Source of the DNA: an uncultured bacterium | Lineage (GTDB): Bacteria; Acidobacteriota; HRBIN11; JAKEFK01 | NCBI GenBank assembly: GCA_963777505.1 | Contig: CAVZQN010000004.1 | Coordinates: 768,001-832,000 of the forward strand | Length of the DNA: 64,000 bases | Direction of reading: 5' to 3' | In this document: positions 1-9,296 of the stretch, piece after piece | Layout: each line of letters starts with the position of its first letter | How positions within the stretch are numbered: position 1 is the stretch's first letter | Translations under genes and position numbers: made by a program | The notes under the pieces: model-generated | The model's input: the letters and a program-made list of their open reading frames with translations, nothing else | The model's database searches: none | What the model was told of the DNA's origin: nothing

Positions 1-11
1 AGAAAAACTAC

Positions 12-1544
12 CTAATCATAATGCTTCAGTTTTGGCCAGGTTTCTGCCACAGGGATTTTAATCTGCCTGCATAGATAAACGATTTTATTATCTTCATAAG
101 GCATGCAATAGTCGCAATCAATTTTTCCAACTTCTTCAACCGTTTCAAAATATCTTTTTTTCGACTCTACCGAGCCGCCCATTGTGATCAAACATTCCCC
201 GTTAAAATCTCCGGGTCCCCAGAGCCAGTAATTATTGTGACTGCTGATTGCGACGGGTAACCCCTTTTCCCTTCCAAGAAAACTGATCGCTCCCGCCTGG
301 CCATAATTGGAACCGAAAATTCTGCACTGTTTGCGGTCTTCCGGACTTAATTGATTCCAGACACGTGACAATTCAGTTATGTGATCATTCCAACCAAACA
401 TATCAGCATAAAACTGAGGAAGAGAGCCAATTTCCTTTTTTTCTTCCGTGGATGGTTCTACTCCAATCCATTTTGCGTAAGCAATGTACTTTTCAACCGG
501 CAAAACTGGGACAGCAAAAGGAAGAACAATAATGCCAGCGCCGATGACAAGCACTGCAAGAACCGGCCTCAGCCATTTAACGTGGAATGCATCGATCCAT
601 ACAGCGATCGTTGTTGCGCCTGCCGCAAATAACATTGGATATGCTGGAGCCAGATAGCCCGGACGGCTTTTTTGATTGGCAATTAAAAGTACAAACACGG
701 TGAGATAAATCCATCCACAAGCACGATAGGGACGTCCCGCTGGTAGAACGAAATAAAAAACCAGACCCAGCAGCCAGATCGGCGAAAGAAATGGGTTCAT
801 TTCATCAATCTGACCAAGCAAAAATTCATAGGGTGAAATGCCTGCCATTTTCTCTTGCGTTGCATTCTTCATGAACTCCAGGGTGGGCCAATCGTTTTGG
901 ATTTGCCAGATTATGTAAGGAGAAAACAAAACAACAGCAATTGCAGCAGCGATCCAGGGCCAAGGGGTTCTAAAATATTTTCGTGCTTGCGTCAAAAGGA
1001 GACCTGCAAAAATTCCAGCCCCGAACCATAAGACACTAATCTTATTGAGTAAACCAAATCCCAAAATGAACCCCAGTAAGATCCAATCCCGGGGTAGACC
1101 ATTTTTCAGAATCCGTATGAATAGGAAGGATCCGATTGTCCAGAAAAGCACGTCAAAACTATTCATCGAGTAGTAGTGATTATTTCCGAGGAATGATGGG
1201 ACTGCGAAGACAGATAACCCGGCAAGCAGTACACCAAATGTCGTTGCACCCAGTTCTCGCGCCATTTTCCCTGTGAACCAGATCGTCAGCCCACCTGCGA
1301 TTGCAGGTAAAAAGCGAAGGGCAAGTAGCGAATCACCCAGCACATTCCTGCTCAACCAGAGGAGAAAAATGGAAAAAGGTGGTTGATCTACATATCCGGC
1401 GGCAAGATGCTCACTGCAAGCAAGATAATAGAATTCGTCGCGGAAATATCCGTATCCTTGTGATGTCAATAGGTGGAATCCGGCTTTTGCAAGTGACAGC
1501 AAAAAAAGAACTTTCAGGGCGGAGTCATCGCTTCGTAAGTTCAT
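12..1544 (-). CDS. GT-C fold membrane glycosyltransferase (family 39 / ArnT-PMT-like)
   Basis: 510 aa polytopic membrane protein with N-terminal FRDEFYY...GYVDQPP motif typical of ArnT/PMT_2 enzymes. Confidence 0.85.
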   Translation of the reverse strand: MNLRSDDSALKVLFLLSLAKAGFHLLTSQGYGYFRDEFYYLACSEHLAAGYVDQPPFSIFLLWLSRNVLGDSLLALRFLPAIAGGLTIWFTGKMARELGATTFGVLLAGLSVFAVPSFLGNNHYYSMNSFDVLFWTIGSFLFIRILKNGLPRDWILLGFILGFGLLNKISVLWFGAGIFAGLLLTQARKYFRTPWPWIAAAIAVVLFSPYIIWQIQNDWPTLEFMKNATQEKMAGISPYEFLLGQIDEMNPFLSPIWLLGLVFYFVLPAGRPYRACGWIYLTVFVLLIANQKSRPGYLAPAYPMLFAAGATTIAVWIDAFHVKWLRPVLAVLVIGAGIIVLPFAVPVLPVEKYIAYAKWIGVEPSTEEKKEIGSLPQFYADMFGWNDHITELSRVWNQLSPEDRKQCRIFGSNYGQAGAISFLGREKGLPVAISSHNNYWLWGPGDFNGECLITMGGSVESKKRYFETVEEVGKIDCDYCMPYEDNKIVYLCRQIKIPVAETWPKLKHYD

Positions 1545-1638
1545 TACGTATATTCTACTGGCAGTATTAGACGTTCGCGAACTACAATTTGTTTATCAAG
1601 GTCTAGCAACCTTCTGGATAAGTTTCCGATAAATTAAT

Positions 1639-2118
1639 GTGGGAATATCCGGTAATATGGAGTTAGTAGGAGGATCCCCGTTGTTAAAGACGCCTTACCG
1701 GCCTGAATCTACGATGTGTTTTCAGCGTTTGAAAGACATCGATGAAACGTACAGGAAAGCGATTGAATCAATTTTGAAAATTGCAAAGACAGAAGGTCCA
1801 TTCTGGCAGAGACTGGAAACAATGGTGAACATTCACATTGATGAAGTCGAACAGCCGGATAATTTGAAAGCCCAAAAGAAGTCACGAAAAGAAGAGGATA
1901 TTTATCAATGTTGTTTGTTTGACATTGTTGAGGCTTTTTTTGGCCACGAATGTGAATCGATTCTTGATAGTTCCTTTGGGGCAGAGCAAAAGCGGCATGC
2001 TATGGATCGTCTTTTGCGAAGCTTGAAAGATGTTCCATTAGGTGGACCTCAATGGAATCACGGAACTATGCCGAGAATCAACAAAAGACTCGAGGATGTT
2101 AAAAAGCAGATTCATTAG
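1639..2118 (+). CDS. hypothetical protein
   Basis: 159 aa ORF co-oriented with the next ORF; no recognisable motif; start uncertain. Confidence 0.55.
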   Translation: MGISGNMELVGGSPLLKTPYRPESTMCFQRLKDIDETYRKAIESILKIAKTEGPFWQRLETMVNIHIDEVEQPDNLKAQKKSRKEEDIYQCCLFDIVEAFFGHECESILDSSFGAEQKRHAMDRLLRSLKDVPLGGPQWNHGTMPRINKRLEDVKKQIH

Positions 2119-2162
2119 GGGCCTTGAGAGTGGAGGGAAATAGGACTTGATGAGGTGCTGCC

Positions 2163-2585
2163 ATGAATTTAGAAGAGATAGATTTAAGGAAGATTAGACC
2201 TTCTGGTTATTTGAAAGATGGTTTCTTTGATCATTCAGGCGATTGGATCAAGGGATTAAATGGACTCTGTTCACTGGCAACAGCTCATCATCTTCATGAA
2301 GAAGGAACCGATCCGGATGAAGTTAAAAAGATCGCCGATCAACTTATGGATTTAAGTGTCGATGTTTTTGGCGATGCTGAAATCATCGAATGTCAGCTCA
2401 TTGATGATTGGTCACGGGATGCCATTTTTCAGATTATGGATAGCCCGCAAGCACGACAATCCGCAGTCCTTACTGAATTGTTTGATACAGTCCGTCCTCA
2501 TACCAAGAATTGGAAAAACTTCGCAGCTCTCGTCATCCATTTGCAGAGAATTTCCAGCCAACTCACCCAGCTAGCTTGCGCATAG
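2163..2585 (+). CDS. hypothetical helical protein, weak resemblance to Csm2/Cas11
   Basis: RBS GAGGTG before ATG; GYLKDGFFD N-terminal segment and KNWKNFAALVIHL C-terminal helix. Confidence 0.65.
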   Translation: MNLEEIDLRKIRPSGYLKDGFFDHSGDWIKGLNGLCSLATAHHLHEEGTDPDEVKKIADQLMDLSVDVFGDAEIIECQLIDDWSRDAIFQIMDSPQARQSAVLTELFDTVRPHTKNWKNFAALVIHLQRISSQLTQLACA

Positions 2586-2729
2586 TTTTTTCAACGCCGA
2601 GTACGCCGAGCTAAAAATGAAAAACCTCGGCGACCTCTGCGTTAAAAAGCCCCATCACCAACGCTGTTGCAGCCCCTCAGTTCGTTTGTTATTATGTGAA
2701 ATCCGCAATTTACATTCAGCAATCTGTGT

Positions 2730-2803
2730 GCACCCTTAGCTCAACTGGACAGAGCACCTGACTACGGATCAGAAGGTTGGGAGTTCGAATCTCTCAGGGT
2801 GCA
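2730..2803 (+). tRNA. tRNA-Arg (anticodon ACG)
   Basis: Acceptor stem GCACCCT/AGGGTGC, D arm TAGCTCAACTGGACAGAGC, anticodon loop CT-ACG-GA, T loop GTTCGAATC; CCA not encoded. Confidence 0.97.
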
Positions 2804-3070
2804 TTATTTCAACAACTTACATCAAGAGATGAAGCATAACGCGCAAGGATTGTTTTATCCGTTTAAGAACAAGTTAATAATTCGTAGCTTCAAAGAGCTT
2901 AAATATCCTTTCCTTGTTCTTTGTAGATATTTATTGTTTGCTGGATAAGATGCTTCGGAGGGTTATTCAACTTCATTCCTTTTTCCCGTTCCATCATACT
3001 GCTCACCAGAATTAATCGTAACCGGCAATGAAGATCGGATATAATCGTAGGAATATATTATGGAGGTCAT

Positions 3071-3313
3071 GTGGCTCAACAGAAGGTTGCGAAGCTCGGA
3101 GTAAAGCGGGAATCAGGATTTCTTTACTACATTGATACAGATGGTGACGTGGCGAGGGCGCCCATGGCGCGAACTGGCACAAAGGGCGGAAAGAAGAAAC
3201 CCGAGAAAGTCGCCAAAGCCGGTGTTAAGCGCGAGAAAGGATACATGTACTTTTTGGATAAGGATGGTGACGCCAGCCGAGCTAAAATGGCCCGCGGTGG
3301 AAAGAAGAAATAG
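3071..3313 (+). CDS. small basic protein with two internal repeats
   Basis: RBS GGAGGT, GTG start; KVAKxGVKRExGxxYxxDxDGDxxRAxMARxG occurs twice; very Lys/Arg-rich. Confidence 0.85.
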   Translation: MAQQKVAKLGVKRESGFLYYIDTDGDVARAPMARTGTKGGKKKPEKVAKAGVKREKGYMYFLDKDGDASRAKMARGGKKK

Positions 3314-3375
3314 TCAGTTGACCAGATATAAACTAGAAATCTGTACGTAAAATACCGAAGAAGTATATTTCGTTA

Positions 3376-3630
3376 ATGAAATACTACGTTTATATAGTGC
3401 AGTGTTCCGACAAGACTTTCTACATAGGTGCCACTAATAATCTTAATAAGCGATTGACCGATCATAATACTTCAAAATATGGCGCCCATTATACTAAGAC
3501 TCGCCGGCCAGTGGTTCTCGTATATTCTGAAGATTGTAAAACGCTGAGTAAGGCCTTGAAGCGCGAACACGAGCTCAAACGACTTACCCGAAAAGAGAAA
3601 CTCGATCTTATATGGCGGCTGGAAGCCTAG
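3376..3630 (+). CDS. GIY-YIG nuclease family protein (UPF0213-like)
   Basis: YYVYIVQC...FYIGATNNLNKRL..HN; ALKRE..LK.L.R.EK. Confidence 0.9.
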   Translation: MKYYVYIVQCSDKTFYIGATNNLNKRLTDHNTSKYGAHYTKTRRPVVLVYSEDCKTLSKALKREHELKRLTRKEKLDLIWRLEA

Positions 3631-3739
3631 GTGAGCCAGGCCCCGCGCCCGGGTGGGATAACGCGAACACAAACCACTTGCACCTGATAAGCCAGAACGC
3701 GAAAAAAAACTAAAAAGGATTGCGGAGACTCACTTGGCT

Positions 3740-3773
3740 AAGGTTGGGAGTTCGAATCTCTCAGGGTGCATTA
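3740..3773 (+). repeat. duplicated 3' end of tRNA-Arg (attR-like)
   Basis: 34-bp exact match to 2773-2806. Confidence 0.92.
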
Positions 3774-4042
3774 AATTTGTTACGATTACGATAGCGCAAT
3801 GATAAACGCGGCATATCTTCAAACGTTGAAAGGTCGGGGGTGCTAAAGATGGCTTTTCATGACTATACGCGACACGAAGGGTTGGATAGGTTCTTGGAAA
3901 TGTCCTCACGATATTCAGGGATATCGTTTTTGGCTTACCTGAATCAAATAAAGAGACAGATAGCGATCAGACAATATGAACGCTTTAAACGACTGATGAT
4001 GTACATTCTTTCCAAATCGCGTTCAGGAACACTCTAAAACAA

Positions 4043-4582
4043 CTAAGTTCCAGGCACAGGTGGAACATAATTGAGTGTAAAATTCGCCGTTCCAGCTGGG
4101 AATGCTTTGTCCACACTAATAACATTCACTTCAAGAACGTCTTTGGGTCCAAAAATAATTGCATCCCGGTGACGGAAAGTCTGCAAAAGAATCACTCCAT
4201 CAGCGCCGACGGTTAGATCAAAATTCTTTGATCGAAGCAACGCATTTTGCGGGTTCTTAAGACGAAGCGCAATCCGCATTTTTGAAGGAATCTGACTTCC
4301 AGCAACTGAAGGTGTAATCTTGCCTTTAATCTTAAGATCGCCGATGTAAATAAATCCACGTTGTGTCTGCAAAAAACTTACGGAGTAAATTGGCTGGCCT
4401 TTCGCGCTTGCGCTGAACTGGCCTGAATATACGTACTGAACCCTGGTGAAGGAAATCGGAACTCCAGCTTCATCGAATGGCGATAACCTTCCTGTTAAAC
4501 CTGGTGATTCAAATAAGACTCCACATTGAAGTTGGAAAGCAGAAAGCGCCAGGATCAAAATTGCATTTCTGAAAGTAAACAT
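4043..4582 (-). CDS. hypothetical exported protein
   Basis: RBS GGAGGT, ATG at 4582, signal-peptide-like N terminus, beta-rich body. Confidence 0.65.
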   Translation of the reverse strand: MFTFRNAILILALSAFQLQCGVLFESPGLTGRLSPFDEAGVPISFTRVQYVYSGQFSASAKGQPIYSVSFLQTQRGFIYIGDLKIKGKITPSVAGSQIPSKMRIALRLKNPQNALLRSKNFDLTVGADGVILLQTFRHRDAIIFGPKDVLEVNVISVDKAFPAGTANFTLNYVPPVPGT

Positions 4583-4723
4583 AAACACCTCCAATCAACG
4601 ATTTGATTATAAAAAGACTTCACTAACCGCAGCACTATCAAAAGTTAGGTATTTTGATCCATCATTATTCCAGCTAGACACACACACATTCATGCCTATC
4701 TTCGGAATGTGAGGTGTTAACTT

Positions 4724-4846
4724 ATGCAAGGTCCCGCGCGAGGTTGTTTGGCCAGTTTGATTTCCTGGAAACTTGGAGGCGGTATTATCTCCACGATCCT
4801 GATTTTTATTGTCGTTTATTATTTGCTAGGTCACGTTAACTGCTAG
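4724..4846 (+). CDS. 40-aa small membrane protein (not in ORF track)
   Basis: GAGGTG RBS, then MQGPARGCLASLISWKLGGGIISTILIFIVVYYLLGHVNC*. Confidence 0.65.
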   Translation: MQGPARGCLASLISWKLGGGIISTILIFIVVYYLLGHVNC

Positions 4847-4890
4847 AGCAAATACAGATCTGCGGATAACATAGAAAGTGGAGGTCTACT

Positions 4891-5367
4891 ATGGATCAAG
4901 TTTCTATCGATACCGCTATTGGACAATTACAAGCAGTTCTCGATGAATGTTTTGTTCACACGAATAAGCCATGGACTTATTTCACCGATAACAAGCCTGA
5001 AGCCGGTTTCATCGGTCTTTTGCAAACCATAAAAGCTGAGGAAGCTTCACGTAAGATTGCTGGGACATCGATTGCTTCGCATGCGCATCATGTTCGTTTC
5101 AGTCTTCGTGAATCCGCTATGTCTATTCGCGGTGAAGATGCACAGGTGGATTGGAAGGAGAGCTGGAATATCAGTTCGGTTAATGATGCTGAGTGGGCAA
5201 AAATGCGCGAGGAAATTCTTAAGGCTTACCAGGAGTTGCGCGAAGTGATCGGATCAAAAGCGTCTTCCTCAGTAGAAGCATTTGGGGGCGCAGCAGGTGT
5301 TGTTGCTCATATGGCTTTTCACCTGGGAGCCATTAGACAAAAGATCGCATTGATCAAACAGACATAA
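4891..5367 (+). CDS. DinB/YfiT superfamily protein
   Basis: SIASHAHH and HMAFHLGAIRQ metal-ligand motifs; RBS GGAGG. Confidence 0.85.
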   Translation: MDQVSIDTAIGQLQAVLDECFVHTNKPWTYFTDNKPEAGFIGLLQTIKAEEASRKIAGTSIASHAHHVRFSLRESAMSIRGEDAQVDWKESWNISSVNDAEWAKMREEILKAYQELREVIGSKASSSVEAFGGAAGVVAHMAFHLGAIRQKIALIKQT

Positions 5368-6732
5368 TTAATTCAAACTGAAAGCTGCAATCAATCCAGG
5401 AAGAGCTTCTCCGTTATTTTTATCTGCATCAAATCTAGGTGCCGCGACAAGAAGATCTTCACGGCCATCGTTATTCAAATCTCCAGCGGATCTCAATCGG
5501 ATTCCGAAATGTGTGGAGAATGCTCGTTTGTTCGGTAAAATTTCTTCAACAAAAACGAGATTATCTCCATCTTTGCCATTCAGGATCGTAAAGTGTCCCG
5601 GAACTCCTCCTGCAAGCATCGGAGGCAACGATGCAGGTGCTCCCACTGCAATTTCAGAAATGCCATCACCATTCATGTCCTTCAAAATCTCGACAGCTCT
5701 GCCGAATTGTCCTGAATCAATGGTACCCGTCTTGGTCCAGAGAGTTGTACCGTTGGCTCCATTCAATCCACTAACAGCGCCGCGCAACATACGTCCTTGA
5801 TTCGGAGCTGACACCACAAAGTCTGCAATCTGGTCAGCATTCAGATCAGAAATTTGCAACGCTTTGTCGCCAAATAATGTTTCAGAAGGACGGCTCTGCG
5901 ACCACAACTTTTTGTTCGTGACTCCATTGAATGCCCACACTCGCGCTTCAAGACGAGTCGGAGTCGGCGCAAATAATATGTCGCTAACAAGCAAATCCAT
6001 TCTTGAATCGTGACTCATTTTAGAACTTACAACGGCCGATCCAAAAAATGAGGATGAGCCTTTAGGCGCATTAAAATAGCGGAATGTTTTGCCGTCGCGT
6101 CCTGATACAAAATGAATGCGCGGCAAGTGATCATCATTGTAACGGCTTGAGATCAGAAGATCAGGAATCGCATCGCCATTTCTATCGGTAGTTACAGAAA
6201 CCGATGAACCGAATCCAGGTTCTAATTCTGGTGAAGTTCGTTTCCAGATAATTCTTCCCAGATCCGGATTTAGAATGCTGATGAGATATTTTCCACCGGT
6301 TGTAGAAGGAGGATCGCCAGAAACTTCTGCAAGGTAAGTTGTCAGCACAACATCTTTTCTTCCGTTACCATCGAAATCAGCGATTCCGGAAAAAGTGCGA
6401 TTGTGAAGAAGCGAATAAGAACGGATGACTTGTCCAGTTCTTCCAGATACGATTCGGAAAAACGTTCTTGCACTTGTACCATCATATGCATTTACAAGAA
6501 TTTCCGGTGCTCCATCGCCATCATAATCGTCAACAGCAATGGCGTCTTGCATTCCAAGATACCTGCCTTGTCCCTGTATGGACCAGAGCAACGTTGCCTG
6601 GCCGCGCGTTACGCGAAATCTAAATTCGTTAACCCGTTTATCTGAATTTGCATTCAAGCCTGAAAGAAAGAAGATAACTGCACCAAGTGCAATGAAGAAT
6701 CGTATTAAGTTTTTTAAATAGATTTGTATCAT
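5368..6732 (-). CDS. secreted FG-GAP (integrin-alpha-like) repeat protein
   Basis: Repeated DxDGDGxxD/E Ca-binding loops, FG and VGAP/VSAP/AAP motifs; signal peptide; RBS AAGGAGG. Confidence 0.88.
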   Translation of the reverse strand: MIQIYLKNLIRFFIALGAVIFFLSGLNANSDKRVNEFRFRVTRGQATLLWSIQGQGRYLGMQDAIAVDDYDGDGAPEILVNAYDGTSARTFFRIVSGRTGQVIRSYSLLHNRTFSGIADFDGNGRKDVVLTTYLAEVSGDPPSTTGGKYLISILNPDLGRIIWKRTSPELEPGFGSSVSVTTDRNGDAIPDLLISSRYNDDHLPRIHFVSGRDGKTFRYFNAPKGSSSFFGSAVVSSKMSHDSRMDLLVSDILFAPTPTRLEARVWAFNGVTNKKLWSQSRPSETLFGDKALQISDLNADQIADFVVSAPNQGRMLRGAVSGLNGANGTTLWTKTGTIDSGQFGRAVEILKDMNGDGISEIAVGAPASLPPMLAGGVPGHFTILNGKDGDNLVFVEEILPNKRAFSTHFGIRLRSAGDLNNDGREDLLVAAPRFDADKNNGEALPGLIAAFSLN

Positions 6733-6901
6733 GCCTTCCTCCTTACTGAAGAACAGCAGCAATTTTGACGCCAATCATTTTTTGCGGAGTAATTATAACG
6801 TTAACGGTACTGCTTCGTCTGCCTTCGGCAGACTTCAGTCTGCGTACCTTACTACAAACTTAACGAAATATTGAAAATTTATCAAAAAGTTGAGATACGA
6901 A

Positions 6902-8444
6902 TTAATTCGCTGGCTTCGCATCGTAGATCCGGAGTGCGAAAGTGAGAGGCGGCTCCCAATTGATTTTACGGGATATTGCTATCGTTTCAGGTTGAATCTC
7001 AAGTGGAACAATCGCACGAATTTCTGCGATCCGTTTTAATGCAATTCCGTAATACATATTTCGTGTTTTCAAATTGGGTTCGCGCCATGCAAGATCAATC
7101 GTTCGATCCAACTCAGGATCTGATAACCCTTGATAATTTTGATTAATCCTTTTATCCGGATGTGGGGAACGCATCAATATATCGAGCGCCAAACTAGCAG
7201 ACAGTGTCTCGCATGAAAAGCCAACCAGAGTAAAATCCGATTTGTTCTCTGCGATAAAGGGAAAGTATTCTGTTTTCGGCATTGCATTTACTGTGACTCT
7301 GATGCCGACAGAAGCAAGCTGACGAGCGACCTCATCCATAATCTGTACATCATTTACATACCTGTCTTTTGTTCCATCCAGGCGGATGGAAATTCCGTCT
7401 GGAAATCCTGCCTCTGCAAGTAATCGTTTTGCTTGAGCGCGGTCTACTTTCGGAACCGTGATCTCAGGGTTGTACCCTGCAACCTGTGGCGGTACCAGTT
7501 GGGATGCGACTTCTGCTTTTCCATGCAGTGCCCGGCGTACGAGTTCTTCGCGATCAATCGTAAGTTCAATGGCTTTCCGCAATCTGATATCGGAAAATGG
7601 TGGACGATCCATTCGAAATGTTAAAAACAAAACACGTGTGCCCGCGCGGCTAACAAGTTTTATTTTTCGGTTGGATTGAAGCCGATCAATTTGTTCCAAC
7701 GGAATGTTGTCTGCGATCTGTGCTTTCCCTGAGAGCAATGCTTCAATCCGCTTATTCGCATCAGGTTCGATAACAAATCGGACTCTGCTAAATGCAGGAG
7801 CTGGTCCACGAAAATAGCGATTTTTGATCAGGATCAATTGAGAACCTCGATCCCATCGTTCTATTGAATAGGGGCCAGTCCCAACAGCGGGAATTGGATT
7901 CTTTTGTAAAGCATCTTTCGGCAGAATAAATCCAATCGGTAAATGGGACAATAACATTGGAAAAGGATAATGCGTCCTAATTTCCACGCGGTCCGAGCCA
8001 ACAGTATGGAGAGATTGAATCGGCAATAAGAAACCAGCAGTAACAAAAGGACGTTTTAAGGCTGTTTCCAATGAACTAACAACATCTTCAGCGCGGACCG
8101 GAGTCCCATCTGAGAACCGCATCCCTTTTCGAAGATGAAATGACCACGTGTAGTCATCCAGATTTTCCCAGCTTTCAGCAATTGCAGCTTCAGGATTCAT
8201 GTCGCTTCCGAACCGAACAAGGCCTTCGAATACATTCGAATTCAAATCCAGCGTGAAGGACTCTGCGCTGAATTGGCGGATTTGGAAAAATGCCAATAAC
8301 ATCTGCGCGGGTTACCACTGTTAAAACTTCATCGGGACTTGAATTCGCACCTCGATCACAGTGCAAAGTTATCGATGAGAGAAGAAGGATCAAACAAATT
8401 TTTACTGCGAAAGAAATCTGGAGATGAATTGTTTGAGTCCTCAT
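6902..8444 (-). CDS. ABC transporter substrate-binding protein, family 5 (peptide/nickel), frameshifted near 8266-8272
   Basis: FEGLV, F.LR.G..FSDGTPV.A.DV..S and GTGPY motifs in 6902-8302; signal peptide and N terminus lie in ORF 8190-8444 in another frame. Confidence 0.8.
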
Positions 8445-8508
8445 AATCGCCCGCTTAAGAGGCTATAGACTAAGGCGGATTCTTTCCGTCCTGCCGTATT
8501 CTCAGTAC

Positions 8509-9181
8509 TTACGTGATTTTCCAGAAGGGTGATGTCAGACCAATGTTTTTGAAAATTTCTTGTCCTTCGCTGGGGGTATAACGTCGCCAGTCTGGATTGC
8601 GTCTGTCTGGCGTGTACCAGGCTTTCGCAAGCTCCCAGGTTTGTTCCATTGACATGATTGCGCCAAGCGGTAATTTCCATTGATCGCACCAGTTTCTGAC
8701 ATGCTCTTCCGACCGGAAGAAAAGCATTGTTTTTCAAGTATAGACAACGTTGTCCCACCAATGTTTTGCGGGAACAGCGAAGTGAACTACAGCTTCATCG
8801 TAATCAACTTTGCCTCGGCGAATTGCACAATGAATTGCAGTTCCGCAGCATCCACATGCGCTATCAATTTTTCCATCACTGCGAAGCATCGCTGGAACAC
8901 CTAACGCATCCCACGCACAATTGGCATAACGTGAACGTCCGCGTGCATCAATTACAAACGGAGTTGGCACTGCAGAAAATGGCATCGCCATTAATATTTC
9001 GCCATTCTTTTGCAACGCAAGGACATGTGCATCTGCCAGACGCGCAAAGCCATCTAACACTTCTTGCTGTGTCACATGTACGGAATTCGCAATCTGTTCA
9101 CTCGTTGGAATATCTCCTTTGTTAATGATCCGGCTGTACACGAGCTGGCGAAGCTCAACGTCCGTTAACGACCTTTTTCAT
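8509..9181 (-). CDS. merB: organomercurial lyase MerB-like protein, probable selenoprotein (Sec at TGA 8734-8736)
   Basis: MAMPFS..PT and ANCAWDALG (catalytic Cys/Asp), then WWDNVVYT-TGA-KTMLFFRSEEH in frame with ORF 8509-8727; ATG at 9181 needs one base removed from a 5-A run, otherwise GTG at 9141. Confidence 0.85.
8701..8727 (-). promoter_or_regulatory. bacterial SECIS-like hairpin
   Basis: mRNA AUGC-UUU-UCUUCC-GGUC-GGAAGA-GCAU; G-starting apical loop 19 nt after the in-frame UGA. Confidence 0.75.
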
Positions 9182-9296
9182 TGTTTTAGTCTAAACGAAT
9201 CAAGACACCCTACAAAACCTGTGAAATTCAAATCTGAACTGTGACTGTTTTTGCTCGTGCAATTCCAGATACCATTAATTATTAGGAGGATTGAGT

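Larger units (their letters stand above)
2773..3773. mobile_element. tRNA-anchored integrase-less islet bounded by 34-bp att-like direct repeats
   Basis: AAGGTTGGGAGTTCGAATCTCTCAGGGTGCATTA identical at 2773-2806 and 3740-3773. Confidence 0.75.

Noticed and set aside
3740-3773. Second tRNA gene
   Set aside because: Only the T arm and 3' acceptor strand are present; there is no D arm or anticodon arm
3840-4037. 65-aa ORF after the att-like repeat
   Set aside because: No recognisable motif and no convincing RBS; cannot be supported
8509-9141. merB as a nonsense pseudogene or two separate genes
   Set aside because: The stop is TGA at the expected Cys position and is followed by a SECIS-like hairpin; both halves look intact
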